A DNA stretch of 41,728 bases from assembly GCA_030618675.1 (NCBI GenBank), contig JAUXCV010000001.1, positions 1-41,728 of the forward strand, in the 5' to 3' direction. The translations under genes and the position numbers were made by a program. Shown in pieces: positions 16,969 to 27,082 of the stretch; the stretch's first letter is position 1, and every line of letters starts with the position of its first letter. The notes below the pieces were generated by a model. It was not told the DNA's origin. It made no database searches and was given only the letters and a program-made list of their open reading frames with translations. This DNA is from Acidimicrobiia bacterium. GTDB lineage: Bacteria > Actinomycetota > Acidimicrobiia > Spongiisociales > UBA5794.

Positions 16969-17400
16969 GTGTTTCTCGGAGAATACAGTCACTCGCTTGA
17001 CGAGAAGGGCCGGGTCGTGATGCCCAGCAAGTTCCGTATGGGGCTTGACGATGGGTGCGTCATGACCAAGGGCCAAGAGCACTGCATCTATGTCTTCCCG
17101 ATGGATCGATGGGAAGAGGAATCGGCCAAGGTTCTCAAACTGCCACGCACTGATCGGCGGGCCAGGAACTTCTCGCGGTCCTTCTTCGCCTCAGCGTCGG
17201 ATCAGGCACTCGATCGGCAGGGACGAGTGCAGATTCCAGAATCACTGCGCCGCTACGCCGGGTTGGAGAAGGACCTCACGGTGGTCGGTGTTGCGGACCG
17301 TATCGAGGTCTGGGCGACCGACACGTGGAGATCGGTAGCAGCAGAGGCCGACGAGTACTACGCCGAGATCGCGGAGGCGCTCTCTGAGGATGGGATATGA
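16969..17400 (+). CDS. mraZ: Transcriptional regulator MraZ
   Basis: FLGEYSHSLDEKGRVVMPSKFR and a second DxxGRxxIP repeat (LDRQGRVQIPESLR), 143 aa. GTG 16969 lies 9 nt after GGAGG. Confidence 0.92.
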   Translation: MFLGEYSHSLDEKGRVVMPSKFRMGLDDGCVMTKGQEHCIYVFPMDRWEEESAKVLKLPRTDRRARNFSRSFFASASDQALDRQGRVQIPESLRRYAGLEKDLTVVGVADRIEVWATDTWRSVAAEADEYYAEIAEALSEDGI

Positions 17401-17462
17401 ACGAACGATACGAGCACCCGGTCGCCGGCCCCGTGCTCGGACCAACGAGATGGTCTGGCCTG

Positions 17463-17545
17463 TGGTCAGTCCCCCGGATGCCAATTGGAAGGCCCCTTAC
17501 TCCGCCCGCTTCCATGTTGGCGCCAGCGCTCCGGGGGACTGACCA
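17463..17545 (+). promoter_or_regulatory. Structured mraZ-rsmH intergenic RNA element sequestering the rsmH RBS (possible mraW-motif-type leader)
   Basis: 17463-17478 pairs perfectly (16 bp) with 17530-17545, covering GGGGGA (SD) and the A of the ATG. An inner helix pairs CCAA/TTGG and GGAAG/CTTCC (17481-17491 with 17509-17520). Confidence 0.55.
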
Positions 17546-18480
17546 TGGATCAGACCATGGACAGCTACCACGAGCCCGTCCTCGCGACCGAGTGTGTTCG
17601 AATGCTCGCGCCGGCAGCGAGTGGCGTTGTCGTGGACGGCACGTTCGGCGGCGGCGGTCACACGCGGCGGCTCCTCGATGCGTATCCAGAGATACGGATC
17701 GTCGGGATCGACCGCGATCCGGATGCGGTAGCCAACACGCCGGACGATCCGCGGGTACGGGTCGTGCTCGGGAACTTCACAGACATCGAACGGATCGTGC
17801 ACGATGAGTTGGGCTCACCACCTGACGGTTCTGGGACCGTTGACGGGGTTCTTCTGGACCTGGGTATCTCATCGCATCAGGTCGACGCAGCGTCACGAGG
17901 ATTCTCCTATCACAGGAGCGGCCCAATCGATATGCGCATGGGCATGGATGTGTCGGAATCGGCCGGTGACATCGTCAACGAGTACGACCGCGACGACCTT
18001 CGTGACCTCATCAGACGCTTCGGAGAGGAGCGCTTCGCCGGGCGCATCGCAGACGCCATCGTCGCAGCGCGGCCGCTCAGCGACACGACCGCCCTCGCGT
18101 CCGTTATCGCGAACGCCGTCCCCGCGGCGGCACGCCGTTCCGGACATCCGGCCAGGAAGACGTTTCAAGCTCTCCGCATCGCCACGAACGCTGAACTGGA
18201 TGCGCTCTCGGCCGGTCTCGAATCCGCCATCCAGATTCTCAGACCCGGTGGGAGGATCTGCGTGATCTCCTACCACTCGCTCGAGGATCGCATCGTCAAG
18301 CGAAGGATCGCGGCGGGTACGACCGGTTGCGTGTGCCCACCGGAACTCCCGGTCTGCGGCTGTGATCAGATTCAAGAACTCGAAGATCTCGGACGATTCC
18401 GGCCATCGGTCGAGGAGATCGCTCGGAACCCCCGTGCGAGGAGCGCGATCATGCGCGTGGCTGAGAAGGTTCCGGCATGA
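17545..18480 (+). CDS. rsmH: 16S rRNA (cytosine1402-N4)-methyltransferase
   Basis: HEPVL, DGTFGGGGH, DLGISSHQ and SYHSLEDR motifs. Start is ATG 17545, with ATG 17557 as an alternative within a duplicated GACCATGGA. Confidence 0.9.
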   Translation: MDQTMDSYHEPVLATECVRMLAPAASGVVVDGTFGGGGHTRRLLDAYPEIRIVGIDRDPDAVANTPDDPRVRVVLGNFTDIERIVHDELGSPPDGSGTVDGVLLDLGISSHQVDAASRGFSYHRSGPIDMRMGMDVSESAGDIVNEYDRDDLRDLIRRFGEERFAGRIADAIVAARPLSDTTALASVIANAVPAAARRSGHPARKTFQALRIATNAELDALSAGLESAIQILRPGGRICVISYHSLEDRIVKRRIAAGTTGCVCPPELPVCGCDQIQELEDLGRFRPSVEEIARNPRARSAIMRVAEKVPA

Positions 18481-18875
18481 CGGCCGGTGTTCTTCCGCGG
18501 TCAACGAACCGTCGTGTCGGTGAACGGTCACGTGCACGTCAGCGACCGGTTGTTCGACCGCTCCTGATATTCACGATCGCGGTCATCCTGGCCTTCTTCG
18601 CGGTCATCTACTCACGGATCTCTCTTGACCGCACCGCCTTCGAACTCCAGCGACTCGACCGAGAGGTCGTTGCCGAACAGGAACGTCATTGGAACCTGCG
18701 CGCCGATTACGCGCACCTCCAGGCGCCCGAACTGATCACACAAAGGGCCGCCGCCCTCGGACTCGTCTATCCGGAGGATCGTCGAACGATCGAGATCACC
18801 GGCATGGCGAACACGGTCGGCGGCCCCGAGGATCGATGGATGGACATGAGAGCGCTGCTCGTGGAGCAGCCGTGA
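18477..18875 (+). CDS. ftsL: Cell division protein FtsL-like (single-pass, coiled coil)
   Basis: Its position between rsmH and ftsI, a basic N-terminus, one TM segment (LLIFTIAVILAFFAVIY) and a coiled-coil segment. ATGA overlap with rsmH. Confidence 0.8.
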   Translation: MTAGVLPRSTNRRVGERSRARQRPVVRPLLIFTIAVILAFFAVIYSRISLDRTAFELQRLDREVVAEQERHWNLRADYAHLQAPELITQRAAALGLVYPEDRRTIEITGMANTVGGPEDRWMDMRALLVEQP

Positions 18876-18958
18876 TGATCGAAGGAGGGGAACGATGCGC
18901 AGGCCGAACGCTGGCGGCCACGCAACTGACCGTCGAGAAACGCTGAGGGTGGTCTGAG

Positions 18959-20701
18959 ATGGCACGAACGACGTTCCGCTTCGTCGACTTTCGGCTGATC
19001 GTGGTCGGACTTGTCTTCGTTCTCGCGTGGGCGGGTATCGGATACCGGCTGTTCCAGGTCCAAGGTGCCGACGCCGCAACCCTTGCTCAACGTGGATTCG
19101 ATCAACGCGTCCGCCACGAGACGATCCAGGCGAAGCGGGGAACCATCTACGACAGGGACGGTATCGAACTCGCCATCACGGTTCACGCCAAGGCCCTGGT
19201 CGCGGATCCGAGCCTCGTCGAGGAACCGGAGGAGGCGGCCTCGATACTCGCTCCGATCGTCGGTGCCGACTACGTCGAACTGGTGCAACGGCTCAAGGCG
19301 GATGGGAGATTCACGTACGTCGCTCGCAGACTCACCGGCGACACCGTGGATCGGGCGAGAGAGGCGATCACATCGGCCGACCTGGTCGGTTTCACCTTTC
19401 GTGACGAACCGCTGCGGCTCTACCCTGCGGGCTCCCTTGCTTCTCCGGTGATCGGGCTTACGCGGCTCGACGACGGGAGTGGCACCGAGGGCATCGAAGC
19501 CGTGATGGACACCGAACTCAGCGGCCGCGCAGGTAAGCGAATCGTCGAACGCGATCAAGCCGGCCGTGCGATCCCGCAGGCGGAGTTCCTCCTCGAACCC
19601 GCTGTGGCCGGTTCCGACGTCGTGCTGACGCTGGATCGCGAGATCCAGTACACGGCCGAGTCGGCGCTCCAAGCAGGGATCGACCGCTCGGGAGCACTCG
19701 GCGGTTCCGCGATCGTGATGAGCGTCGCCAGCGGTGAGATCCTCGCCATGGTGTCGCTCCCGGGTTTCGACGGATCCGATCGATCGACACTCGACCCGGC
19801 GACTCTGCGCAATCGCGCGGTCACCGACGTATACGAACCGGGCTCTACTCTCAAGGTCGTAACCGTTGCGGCAGCCCTCGAAGAGGGTGTCGTCCGCCCC
19901 GATACGCCCTTCGAGACCCCGCACGAGATCGCGATCGGCGGAGAGACCTACACCGACCACGGATACAACCCGGCCGTCATGACCGTTTCAGACATCGTCG
20001 AGAAGTCATCGAACGTGGGCACCATCAAGATCCAACGCCAGCTCGGGAACGAGGCGCACTACAGGTATCTCGACGCGTTCGGCCTCGGCCGGCCTGCATC
20101 GATCGACTTCGCCGGTGAATCGGCAGGACAACTCCAGCACGTGAGCGAGTGGAAGACCGCCACAGCGGGCACGTCGGCGGCGATCGGCTACGGCGTTGGA
20201 GTAACGCCGCTCCAGATGGCAGCTATCTACGCAACGCTGGCGAACGAAGGGGAGTGGGTCGAACCTCACGTCGTCTCGGAGATCATCGCGTTGGACGGAG
20301 AGCGAACGGTCACCGAGCCAAGGCGCCATCAGGTCATCTCTCCCGAGACGGCGCGGACGATGCGGGGGATGTTGCGCCGGGTCGTTGAAGACGGCACCGG
20401 CTTTCGGGCGGAGATCGACGAGTTCCCGGTCGGGGGCAAGACCGGGACATCCGACAAGTTCATCGTCGAGACCGGACGGTACAGCGAGACGGACACGATC
20501 GCCTGGTTCATCGGGATCGCTCCGATCGACGACCCCGAGATCGTGGTGGTCGTTGTCCTCGATGCGCCGAGCGGGAAGATCGAAGACGGGCGCTACGACA
20601 TGAAGTTCGGTGGAACGTCGGCTGCGCCGATCTTCGCCGAGATCGCGGAGTCGGCGCTCCACCAACTCGGCGTGTCGCCGACACACGACGGCGATGCCTG
20701 A
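18959..20701 (+). CDS. ftsI: Penicillin-binding protein (FtsI/PBP3-type transpeptidase)
   Basis: N-terminal TM segment, then the STLK (SxxK), SSN and KTGT motifs. 580 aa. Confidence 0.9.
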   Translation: MARTTFRFVDFRLIVVGLVFVLAWAGIGYRLFQVQGADAATLAQRGFDQRVRHETIQAKRGTIYDRDGIELAITVHAKALVADPSLVEEPEEAASILAPIVGADYVELVQRLKADGRFTYVARRLTGDTVDRAREAITSADLVGFTFRDEPLRLYPAGSLASPVIGLTRLDDGSGTEGIEAVMDTELSGRAGKRIVERDQAGRAIPQAEFLLEPAVAGSDVVLTLDREIQYTAESALQAGIDRSGALGGSAIVMSVASGEILAMVSLPGFDGSDRSTLDPATLRNRAVTDVYEPGSTLKVVTVAAALEEGVVRPDTPFETPHEIAIGGETYTDHGYNPAVMTVSDIVEKSSNVGTIKIQRQLGNEAHYRYLDAFGLGRPASIDFAGESAGQLQHVSEWKTATAGTSAAIGYGVGVTPLQMAAIYATLANEGEWVEPHVVSEIIALDGERTVTEPRRHQVISPETARTMRGMLRRVVEDGTGFRAEIDEFPVGGKTGTSDKFIVETGRYSETDTIAWFIGIAPIDDPEIVVVVVLDAPSGKIEDGRYDMKFGGTSAAPIFAEIAESALHQLGVSPTHDGDA

Positions 20702-22157
20702 CCGGATCCTCCTCTCGGAGGTTGCCGACCGCCTCCCCGGCGGAGGTCGACTCGAGGGTGTCGACACGTGGATCACCGGGGTCACGCACGATTCACGCCA
20801 TGTGGGTCCCGGCGACCTCTTCGTGGCGATCCCCGGCGAACAGTACGACGGTCACGACTACGTGGCCCGGGCGATCGCCGCCGGAGCCGTAGCGGTGATC
20901 GTCGAACGCGATGTCGAGTGCTCGAGCGGGATCGTGGTGCCCATCGCTCGATCCGCCCTTCCCTGGGCGGCCGCAGCGGTGTACGGAGATCCGTCCCGTC
21001 GGATGCCGGTGATCGGAGTGACAGGGACCAACGGCAAGACCACCGTGACGCACATGCTCGAACAGATCCTCGTCGCCGCCGGACGGACCGCCGCCATCGT
21101 TGGGACCGTCGGCGCCAGAATCGGTGATGCGGAGCGACCGGTAGCGAGAACAACACCGGAGGCTTCCGATCTCCAGCGACTTCTCGCCGAGATGGTGGAC
21201 GCCGGTGTTGACGTGGCAGCGATCGAAGTGTCCAGCCACGCGCTCAGCCTGCACCGTGTCGATGCGATCCACTTCCGGGTCGCGGCGTTCACGAATTTGA
21301 TGCAGGACCATCTCGACTTCCACGGCGACATGGAGGCGTACTACTCGGCGAAGGCTTCCTTGTTCACGGCCGATCGAGCCGACCACGCGGTGATCGTCAT
21401 CGACCGCGAACCGGGTCGGAGGCTCGCCGCCGCTACCGACGTGCCGGTGACGACTGTGGCGCTCGACACCGATGCCGACGTAGTGGCGACATCGATCGCT
21501 GAGTCGATCGACGGTTCCTCGTTCATCATCGCCGCCGACGATCGACGATTCCCCGTCGAACTGCCGATCCCCGGGCGATTCAACGTCGAGAACGCGATGG
21601 TGGCTGCGGCCATCGCTATGGAGATCGGCATCGACGACGCGTCCATCTCCCGGGGCCTGGCATCTACCGGGAAGATACCCGGTCGGTTCGAGCGCATCGA
21701 GAGCGATCGAGGCTTCGGAGTGATCGTCGACTACGCCCATACCCCGGATGCCATCGACGCCGTCATCGACAGCGCGTTCCGCATGTCGGAAGGTCGCGTG
21801 ATCGTGGTCTTCGGCGCCGGTGGAGATCGAGATCACGAGAAGCGCCCGGCAATGGGGAGAGCAGCGAGTCGGGCCGACATCGCCGTCCTGACAACCGACA
21901 ACCCGCGCTCTGAGGATCCGGCGGCGATCATGGAGGCCGTCCGATCTGACATGCAGCAGACGAACGTGGTGGTGGAGGAACCGGACCGCCGCGTCGCCAT
22001 CCGTCATGCTCTCCGAGAAGCACGCCAGGGTGATCTCGTACTTGTCCTCGGAAAGGGCCACGAGACGGGCCAGGAGACCGGTGGGCGGATCGAACCGTTC
22101 GACGATCGAGACGTCGTGGCAGACGAACTGCAAGCCATCGGGGAGTCTGCGATATGA
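20694..22157 (+). CDS. murE: UDP-N-acetylmuramoyl-L-alanyl-D-glutamate--2,6-diaminopimelate ligase
   Basis: GVTGTNGKTT P-loop, DYAHTPDA and the GDRD..KRP block (DNPR-type motif TTDNPRSEDP). ATG 20694 overlaps the ftsI stop by 8 nt. Confidence 0.9.
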   Translation: MPDRILLSEVADRLPGGGRLEGVDTWITGVTHDSRHVGPGDLFVAIPGEQYDGHDYVARAIAAGAVAVIVERDVECSSGIVVPIARSALPWAAAAVYGDPSRRMPVIGVTGTNGKTTVTHMLEQILVAAGRTAAIVGTVGARIGDAERPVARTTPEASDLQRLLAEMVDAGVDVAAIEVSSHALSLHRVDAIHFRVAAFTNLMQDHLDFHGDMEAYYSAKASLFTADRADHAVIVIDREPGRRLAAATDVPVTTVALDTDADVVATSIAESIDGSSFIIAADDRRFPVELPIPGRFNVENAMVAAAIAMEIGIDDASISRGLASTGKIPGRFERIESDRGFGVIVDYAHTPDAIDAVIDSAFRMSEGRVIVVFGAGGDRDHEKRPAMGRAASRADIAVLTTDNPRSEDPAAIMEAVRSDMQQTNVVVEEPDRRVAIRHALREARQGDLVLVLGKGHETGQETGGRIEPFDDRDVVADELQAIGESAI

Positions 22158-23488
22158 CGGGCCCACTGAACTGGACGCTCGCCACGGTGGCCTCCGCAAC
22201 GGGGGGAGTGATCGATGGTGACCCGGCGATGCCGGTGCACTCGATCTCAACAGATTCTCGTGCCGTGGAACCGGGGTCGGTCTTCGTTGCGATCCGCGGG
22301 GAACAACACGATGGTCACGACTTCGCTGCCGACGCGGTCGACGTCGGCGCCGTCGCGGCTCTCGTCGAGCGGGGCAGCCACGGCGGCCTCGTTCCACGCA
22401 TCGAAGTCGAGGACACGACGACCGCATTGCGTGACCTGGCCGCACATCGCAGGTCCGAACTCCATATGCCCGTCGTGTCGGTGACCGGGTCGACCGGGAA
22501 GACGTCAACCAAGGATCTTCTCGCGGCGGCCATACCGGGATCATGGGCGTCCCCTCGCTCGTACAACAACGAGATCGGCGTCCCCCTCACCGTCCTTACA
22601 ACGCCGGATGACGCGACGGCATTGGTGATAGAGGTCGGATCCCGTGGACTCGGTCACATCAAGTGGCTGATGCCCGCCATCCGCCCATCGGTCGCCGTGA
22701 TCACGAATCTCGGCGTCGTCCACTTCGAAACGTTCGGCTCTCGCGACGCCGTCGCCGACGGCAAGTGGGAACTTGTCGAGGGCCTGTCCGAAGGCGCGAC
22801 GGCGGTTCTTCCCGACGACGAGCCCCGGCTCCAGCGCGAACACCCAGGGCCGACCGTCACCTTCGGAGAGAGTCCCACGGCGTTGGTTCGGATCTCGGGT
22901 CTCTCAATCGATGACGAAGGCCGCCCCTCGTTCGAGCTTCGATCGTGCGGCCGGGTTCTGTCGATCTCGCTGGCGATGGCCGGACCCCACAACGCACGCA
23001 ACGCTGCGGCGGCGTTGGCAGCCGCGACGGCCATCGGGATCGATCCGGAGGTCGCCGCGTCCGGGATGTCGACGGCCGTCGGCTCGCCGTGGCGGATGGA
23101 TGTCAGGACCGGGCGCTTCACCGTCGTCAACGACGCCTACAACGCGAATCCGACATCGATGGCGGCCGCACTTCGAACGGTTGCAGCGATGCCGGGAAGG
23201 ACCTACGCGATCCTCGGCGAAATGGCCGAACTGGGATCGATCACGATGGAAGAGCACGAGCGGGTCGGTCTCCTCGCGGCGGATCTCGGTTTCGAAGACG
23301 TCATCACGGTCGGACCGGACCACGGTCTGGCGATCGCGGCAGGCGGTCAGAACCTGCACGATGCGTCCGAGGCGTTCGATCGCCTCGTTGAGCAACTCCG
23401 TGATGGGGATGTCGTGCTGGTCAAGGCGTCTCGATCCGTGGGGCTCGAAGCCGTCGCCGAGAGATTGATCGAGGTTGCCGCGCCATGA
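22154..23488 (+). CDS. murF: UDP-N-acetylmuramoyl-tripeptide--D-alanyl-D-alanine ligase
   Basis: VTGSTGKTSTKD P-loop and NDAYNANPTSM motif. ATGA overlap with murE. Confidence 0.9.
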   Translation: MTGPLNWTLATVASATGGVIDGDPAMPVHSISTDSRAVEPGSVFVAIRGEQHDGHDFAADAVDVGAVAALVERGSHGGLVPRIEVEDTTTALRDLAAHRRSELHMPVVSVTGSTGKTSTKDLLAAAIPGSWASPRSYNNEIGVPLTVLTTPDDATALVIEVGSRGLGHIKWLMPAIRPSVAVITNLGVVHFETFGSRDAVADGKWELVEGLSEGATAVLPDDEPRLQREHPGPTVTFGESPTALVRISGLSIDDEGRPSFELRSCGRVLSISLAMAGPHNARNAAAALAAATAIGIDPEVAASGMSTAVGSPWRMDVRTGRFTVVNDAYNANPTSMAAALRTVAAMPGRTYAILGEMAELGSITMEEHERVGLLAADLGFEDVITVGPDHGLAIAAGGQNLHDASEAFDRLVEQLRDGDVVLVKASRSVGLEAVAERLIEVAAP

Positions 23489-24549
23489 TCCAGCTACTCA
23501 TCGCATCGGCCGTCGCATTCGCGTTCACGATCTTCGTAACGCCTGTGGCGATCCGGATCCTCCGTCGCCGCAGCATCGGGCAGTTCATCCAGGAGGATGT
23601 GCAAGGCCACATGCACAAGAGGGGGACACCGACGATGGGCGGCGTGGTCCTGATCCTCGGCACCATCCTCGGCTACTTCGTGTCGCATCTCAGCTTCTTC
23701 ACCGTCGGGAAGGGCCTGGACTTCAGCATGAGCGTATTCGCTCCGGAAGGTCTCCTCGCCTTGTTCGCTCTCATCGGTATGGGCATGATCGGGTTCCTCG
23801 ACGACTTCACGAAGTACGCGAGGAAACACAACCAGGGTCTCTCGAAGCGGTGGAAGTTCCTCGGACAACTCGGTGTGGCCGCCGTCTTCGCCTGGTGGTC
23901 GGTGCATATCGGTGTTTCGACGGAGCTCTCGTTCGTCCGACCGCTCGGCATCGACCTCGGGCCGATCCTGTACTTCGTCCTCGTCCTGTTCATGCTCACA
24001 GCCGCTGCGAACGCCGTGAACCTGACCGACGGGCTCGATGGTCTGGTGGCCGGATCGATCTCGCTCGTAGCGGGCGCCTACGTCCTGATCGCCTTCTGGC
24101 AGTGGAGGAACATCGGAGAGTACTTCGTCGATCTCAACGGAGCCCTCGACCTGGCGACCTTCGCCGCAGCCGTCGTAGGTGCTGCCCTCGGGTTCCTCTG
24201 GTGGAACGCCGCTCCGGCGAAGATCTTCATGGGCGACACCGGCTCGCAGGCCCTGGGAGGGGCGCTCGCCGCTCTCGCCCTCCTCACCAATACGCAGTTC
24301 CTCCTCGTCCTTCTCGGCGGTCTCTACGTCGTGGAGACGCTCTCGGTCATCGGGCAGGTCTTCGCCTTTCGCGTGTTCGGTCGACGCATCCTGCGCATGG
24401 CGCCGATCCACCACCACTTCGAACTCAAGGGCTGGCCCGAAACGACGGTGATCATTCGATTCTGGATCCTCGCGGGGATCGCGGTCGCCCTCGGCGTCGG
24501 CGTGTTCTACGCGGACTTCGTGACGATCACCAAGGTTGGCTCACCATGA
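23485..24549 (+). CDS. mraY: Phospho-N-acetylmuramoyl-pentapeptide transferase
   Basis: Multi-TM protein with NAVNLTDGLDGL and MGDTGS motifs. ATGA overlap with murF. Confidence 0.93.
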   Translation: MIQLLIASAVAFAFTIFVTPVAIRILRRRSIGQFIQEDVQGHMHKRGTPTMGGVVLILGTILGYFVSHLSFFTVGKGLDFSMSVFAPEGLLALFALIGMGMIGFLDDFTKYARKHNQGLSKRWKFLGQLGVAAVFAWWSVHIGVSTELSFVRPLGIDLGPILYFVLVLFMLTAAANAVNLTDGLDGLVAGSISLVAGAYVLIAFWQWRNIGEYFVDLNGALDLATFAAAVVGAALGFLWWNAAPAKIFMGDTGSQALGGALAALALLTNTQFLLVLLGGLYVVETLSVIGQVFAFRVFGRRILRMAPIHHHFELKGWPETTVIIRFWILAGIAVALGVGVFYADFVTITKVGSP

Positions 24550-25826
24550 GGACGCTGATTCTCGGCGCGGCGGTGAGCGGTGGCGCCGCCGCCCAACTGG
24601 CTGCCGGTCTTCATCACGAGGTGTCGGTCTACGATCGTTCGTCGGAGTCCACGATCCCGTTGCGCGAGAAGGGCTATGCCGTACACACCGGAGCATGGGC
24701 GGACCGCCTGCTCGTTGGCATCGATCTCGTTGTCGCATCACCGGGCTTTCCAGAGCACGCTGAGCCCATCCAGCGTGCCCTCGACCTCGGAATCGAGATC
24801 ATCAGCGAACTCGAGTTCGGCTCACAGCACCTCACGGTTCCTTACGTCGCTGTGACGGGTACGAACGGGAAGACGACCGTCACGAACACCATCACCGACA
24901 TGCTCAACGAGAGCAGCATTTCGGCTGTGTCCGCCGGGAACATCGGAACGCCCGTGTCCGGCCTCGGAGATGCGGCGGCTGAGGTCGTGGTTCTCGAAGC
25001 ATCGAGCTTCCAGCTTCGATTCATCGACCGGTTCCACCCGGTCGCTGCCGGTATCGTCAACATCGCCGCCGATCATCTCGACTGGCACGGCTCGGTCGCG
25101 GCGTACGGCGCTGCTAAGGCCAGGATCTTCGAGAACATGACGCCGAACGACGTCGTCGTGTACGGCGCCGATGATCCGGGCGCGGTCGAGGTCGTCGCGT
25201 CGGCTGAGTGCCGAACGATCGGCGTGAGCGGCAGCGCTGTCTCTGAAGACGGGGTCGGTCCGATCGGCGGTGCCCTGCAGATAGATGGGAAACGGTTCGC
25301 TATCCCGACGACCGACCCGTCATGGCTGACGGATCTCGGTATCGCAGCGGTGATGGCGTCTTCGGTCGGCGCCACCGACACCGGCATCGGAACGGTGCTC
25401 GCCGGATTCACCCCCGGTCCGCACCGTCGCCGAACAGTGGGAACCTGTGACGGCATCACCTGGATCGACGACTCGAAGGCGACGAATCCGCACGCGGCTC
25501 GTGCCGCAGCCGAGGCATACCCGAGCGTGGTGCTCCTCGCCGGTGGCCGCAACAAGGACCTCGATCTCTCAACGATCGCTCCCGCATCGGTTCATCATGT
25601 TGTCGCATTCGGAGAAGCGGCGCCATCCATCGCCTCAAGCATCGGGGCACCGGTGACCGTTGTGGAGGACCTCGCGGCAGGCGTCGACGCGGCGGGCCGG
25701 ATAGCGGAGGCCGGAGACACGGTCCTGCTTGCTCCCGGCTGTGCGAGTTTCGACCAGTTCGATTCCTACGCAAGCCGCGGAGACCACTTCGCGGAACTCG
25801 TCGCGGCCCTGGAGGCGGCGAAATGA
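24546..25826 (+). CDS. murD: UDP-N-acetylmuramoylalanine--D-glutamate ligase
   Basis: VTGTNGKTT P-loop and DDSKATN motif. ATGA overlap with mraY. The long upstream open frame (from 23475) is Arg/Pro-rich off-frame sequence across mraY. Confidence 0.9.
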   Translation: MRTLILGAAVSGGAAAQLAAGLHHEVSVYDRSSESTIPLREKGYAVHTGAWADRLLVGIDLVVASPGFPEHAEPIQRALDLGIEIISELEFGSQHLTVPYVAVTGTNGKTTVTNTITDMLNESSISAVSAGNIGTPVSGLGDAAAEVVVLEASSFQLRFIDRFHPVAAGIVNIAADHLDWHGSVAAYGAAKARIFENMTPNDVVVYGADDPGAVEVVASAECRTIGVSGSAVSEDGVGPIGGALQIDGKRFAIPTTDPSWLTDLGIAAVMASSVGATDTGIGTVLAGFTPGPHRRRTVGTCDGITWIDDSKATNPHAARAAAEAYPSVVLLAGGRNKDLDLSTIAPASVHHVVAFGEAAPSIASSIGAPVTVVEDLAAGVDAAGRIAEAGDTVLLAPGCASFDQFDSYASRGDHFAELVAALEAAK

Positions 25827-27082
25827 CCGGAAGAACGACCCTTTTCGACCATGCTACGCGCATGATCGAACCCGCCCCGGATCCCGTGATCGTGGAGGAG
25901 GCCGAAGAGCGATCGTCGGTCCGGGAGGAGATCCGTGACCGTCGGGCGGCACGCTCTCTCCATCTGCGCGACCGTCGTACGGTGTTCCTGGTCGTTCCCG
26001 TGATCATGCTGCTCATCGTCGGTCTCGGGGCGATGCTGTCCGCATCGTCCGTCGTCTCCATCCGGGAGACCAGTTCGATCAGCCAAACCGGTGACCATCT
26101 GTTCTACATGAAGCGTCAGATCGTCTGGGTTGGGTTGGGACTCGCTTCCCTCGTTGTGTTCGCCAGGATCCCGTATCGCGTGTACCGGCGATTCGCCGTC
26201 CCTATCTTTCTCGTCGCGATCGCCGGCCTCGTAGCCACGCTGGTGATGGGTGACGTCCGTGGCGGTGCCAGACGGTGGATCGAACTGGGGCCGGTGACGA
26301 TCCAGGCCTCGGAGTTCGCCAAACTCGCGACGGTGTTCCTCCTTGCTGCGGTCCTTGCCAAGAAGGACCAACTGCTCCGGCAACTGCCCCACTTCCTGCT
26401 GCCCGTACTCCTGATCCTGGGCGCTGTGTCGGGGTTGCTGCTTCTGCAACCCGACTTCGGCACGACGCTTCTGATCGGCGGCTCGGCGTTCGCGATGCTC
26501 ATTGCGTCTGCCGCTCCGCTCGGCTTCATCGTGGGACTCGGCGGGATCGGTGGGATCCTTGCGGTCACCGGAGCCTTCGCCATGGACTATCGGAGGGATC
26601 GGATCACGGGTTTCCTCGATCCCTTCGCCGATCCGCTCGGCACCGGCCACCAGGCCGTCCAGAGCCTGGTGGCGCTCGGGTCGGGAGGATGGCTCGGGGT
26701 CGGTCTCGGTGCGAGTCGTGCCCGATGGTCGTTCTTGCCGAACGCGCACACGGATTTCATCTTCGCGATCATCGGCGAGGAGACGGGCTTCGTCGGCGCG
26801 TCGCTCGTCATCGTGCTCTTCGCCGTGTTCGCCGCAGTGGGCATCAGGATCGCACTGACGGCACCCGACGCATTCGGCCGGCTCGTGGCCGTCGGGATCA
26901 TCGCATGGCTGACGATCCAGGCATTGGTCAACGTGGGTGGCGTTGTCGCCGTGCTCCCGATCACCGGCGTCCCGCTTCCGTTCGTCTCGTCGGGCGGCAA
27001 CGCGATGATCGTGAACCTCGCTGCGGTCGGGATCCTGGTGAGCATCTCACGCACGAGGGCCGTTGAGTCGGCCACGTCATGA
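25823..27082 (+). CDS. ftsW: SEDS-family cell division protein FtsW
   Basis: About 10 TM segments, QPDFGT, TDFIFAIIGEE and LPFVSSGGNAM motifs. ATGA overlap with murD. Confidence 0.9.
   Translation: MTGRTTLFDHATRMIEPAPDPVIVEEAEERSSVREEIRDRRAARSLHLRDRRTVFLVVPVIMLLIVGLGAMLSASSVVSIRETSSISQTGDHLFYMKRQIVWVGLGLASLVVFARIPYRVYRRFAVPIFLVAIAGLVATLVMGDVRGGARRWIELGPVTIQASEFAKLATVFLLAAVLAKKDQLLRQLPHFLLPVLLILGAVSGLLLLQPDFGTTLLIGGSAFAMLIASAAPLGFIVGLGGIGGILAVTGAFAMDYRRDRITGFLDPFADPLGTGHQAVQSLVALGSGGWLGVGLGASRARWSFLPNAHTDFIFAIIGEETGFVGASLVIVLFAVFAAVGIRIALTAPDAFGRLVAVGIIAWLTIQALVNVGGVVAVLPITGVPLPFVSSGGNAMIVNLAAVGILVSISRTRAVESATS

Noticed and set aside
23475-24545. An open frame continuous with murD that covers all of mraY, giving a 783-aa ORF
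   Set aside because: The upstream 357 codons are Arg/Pro-rich off-frame translation of mraY. murD has a canonical ATGA-coupled start at 24546, and its N-terminus (MRTLILGAAVSGG) matches the MurD Rossmann start.
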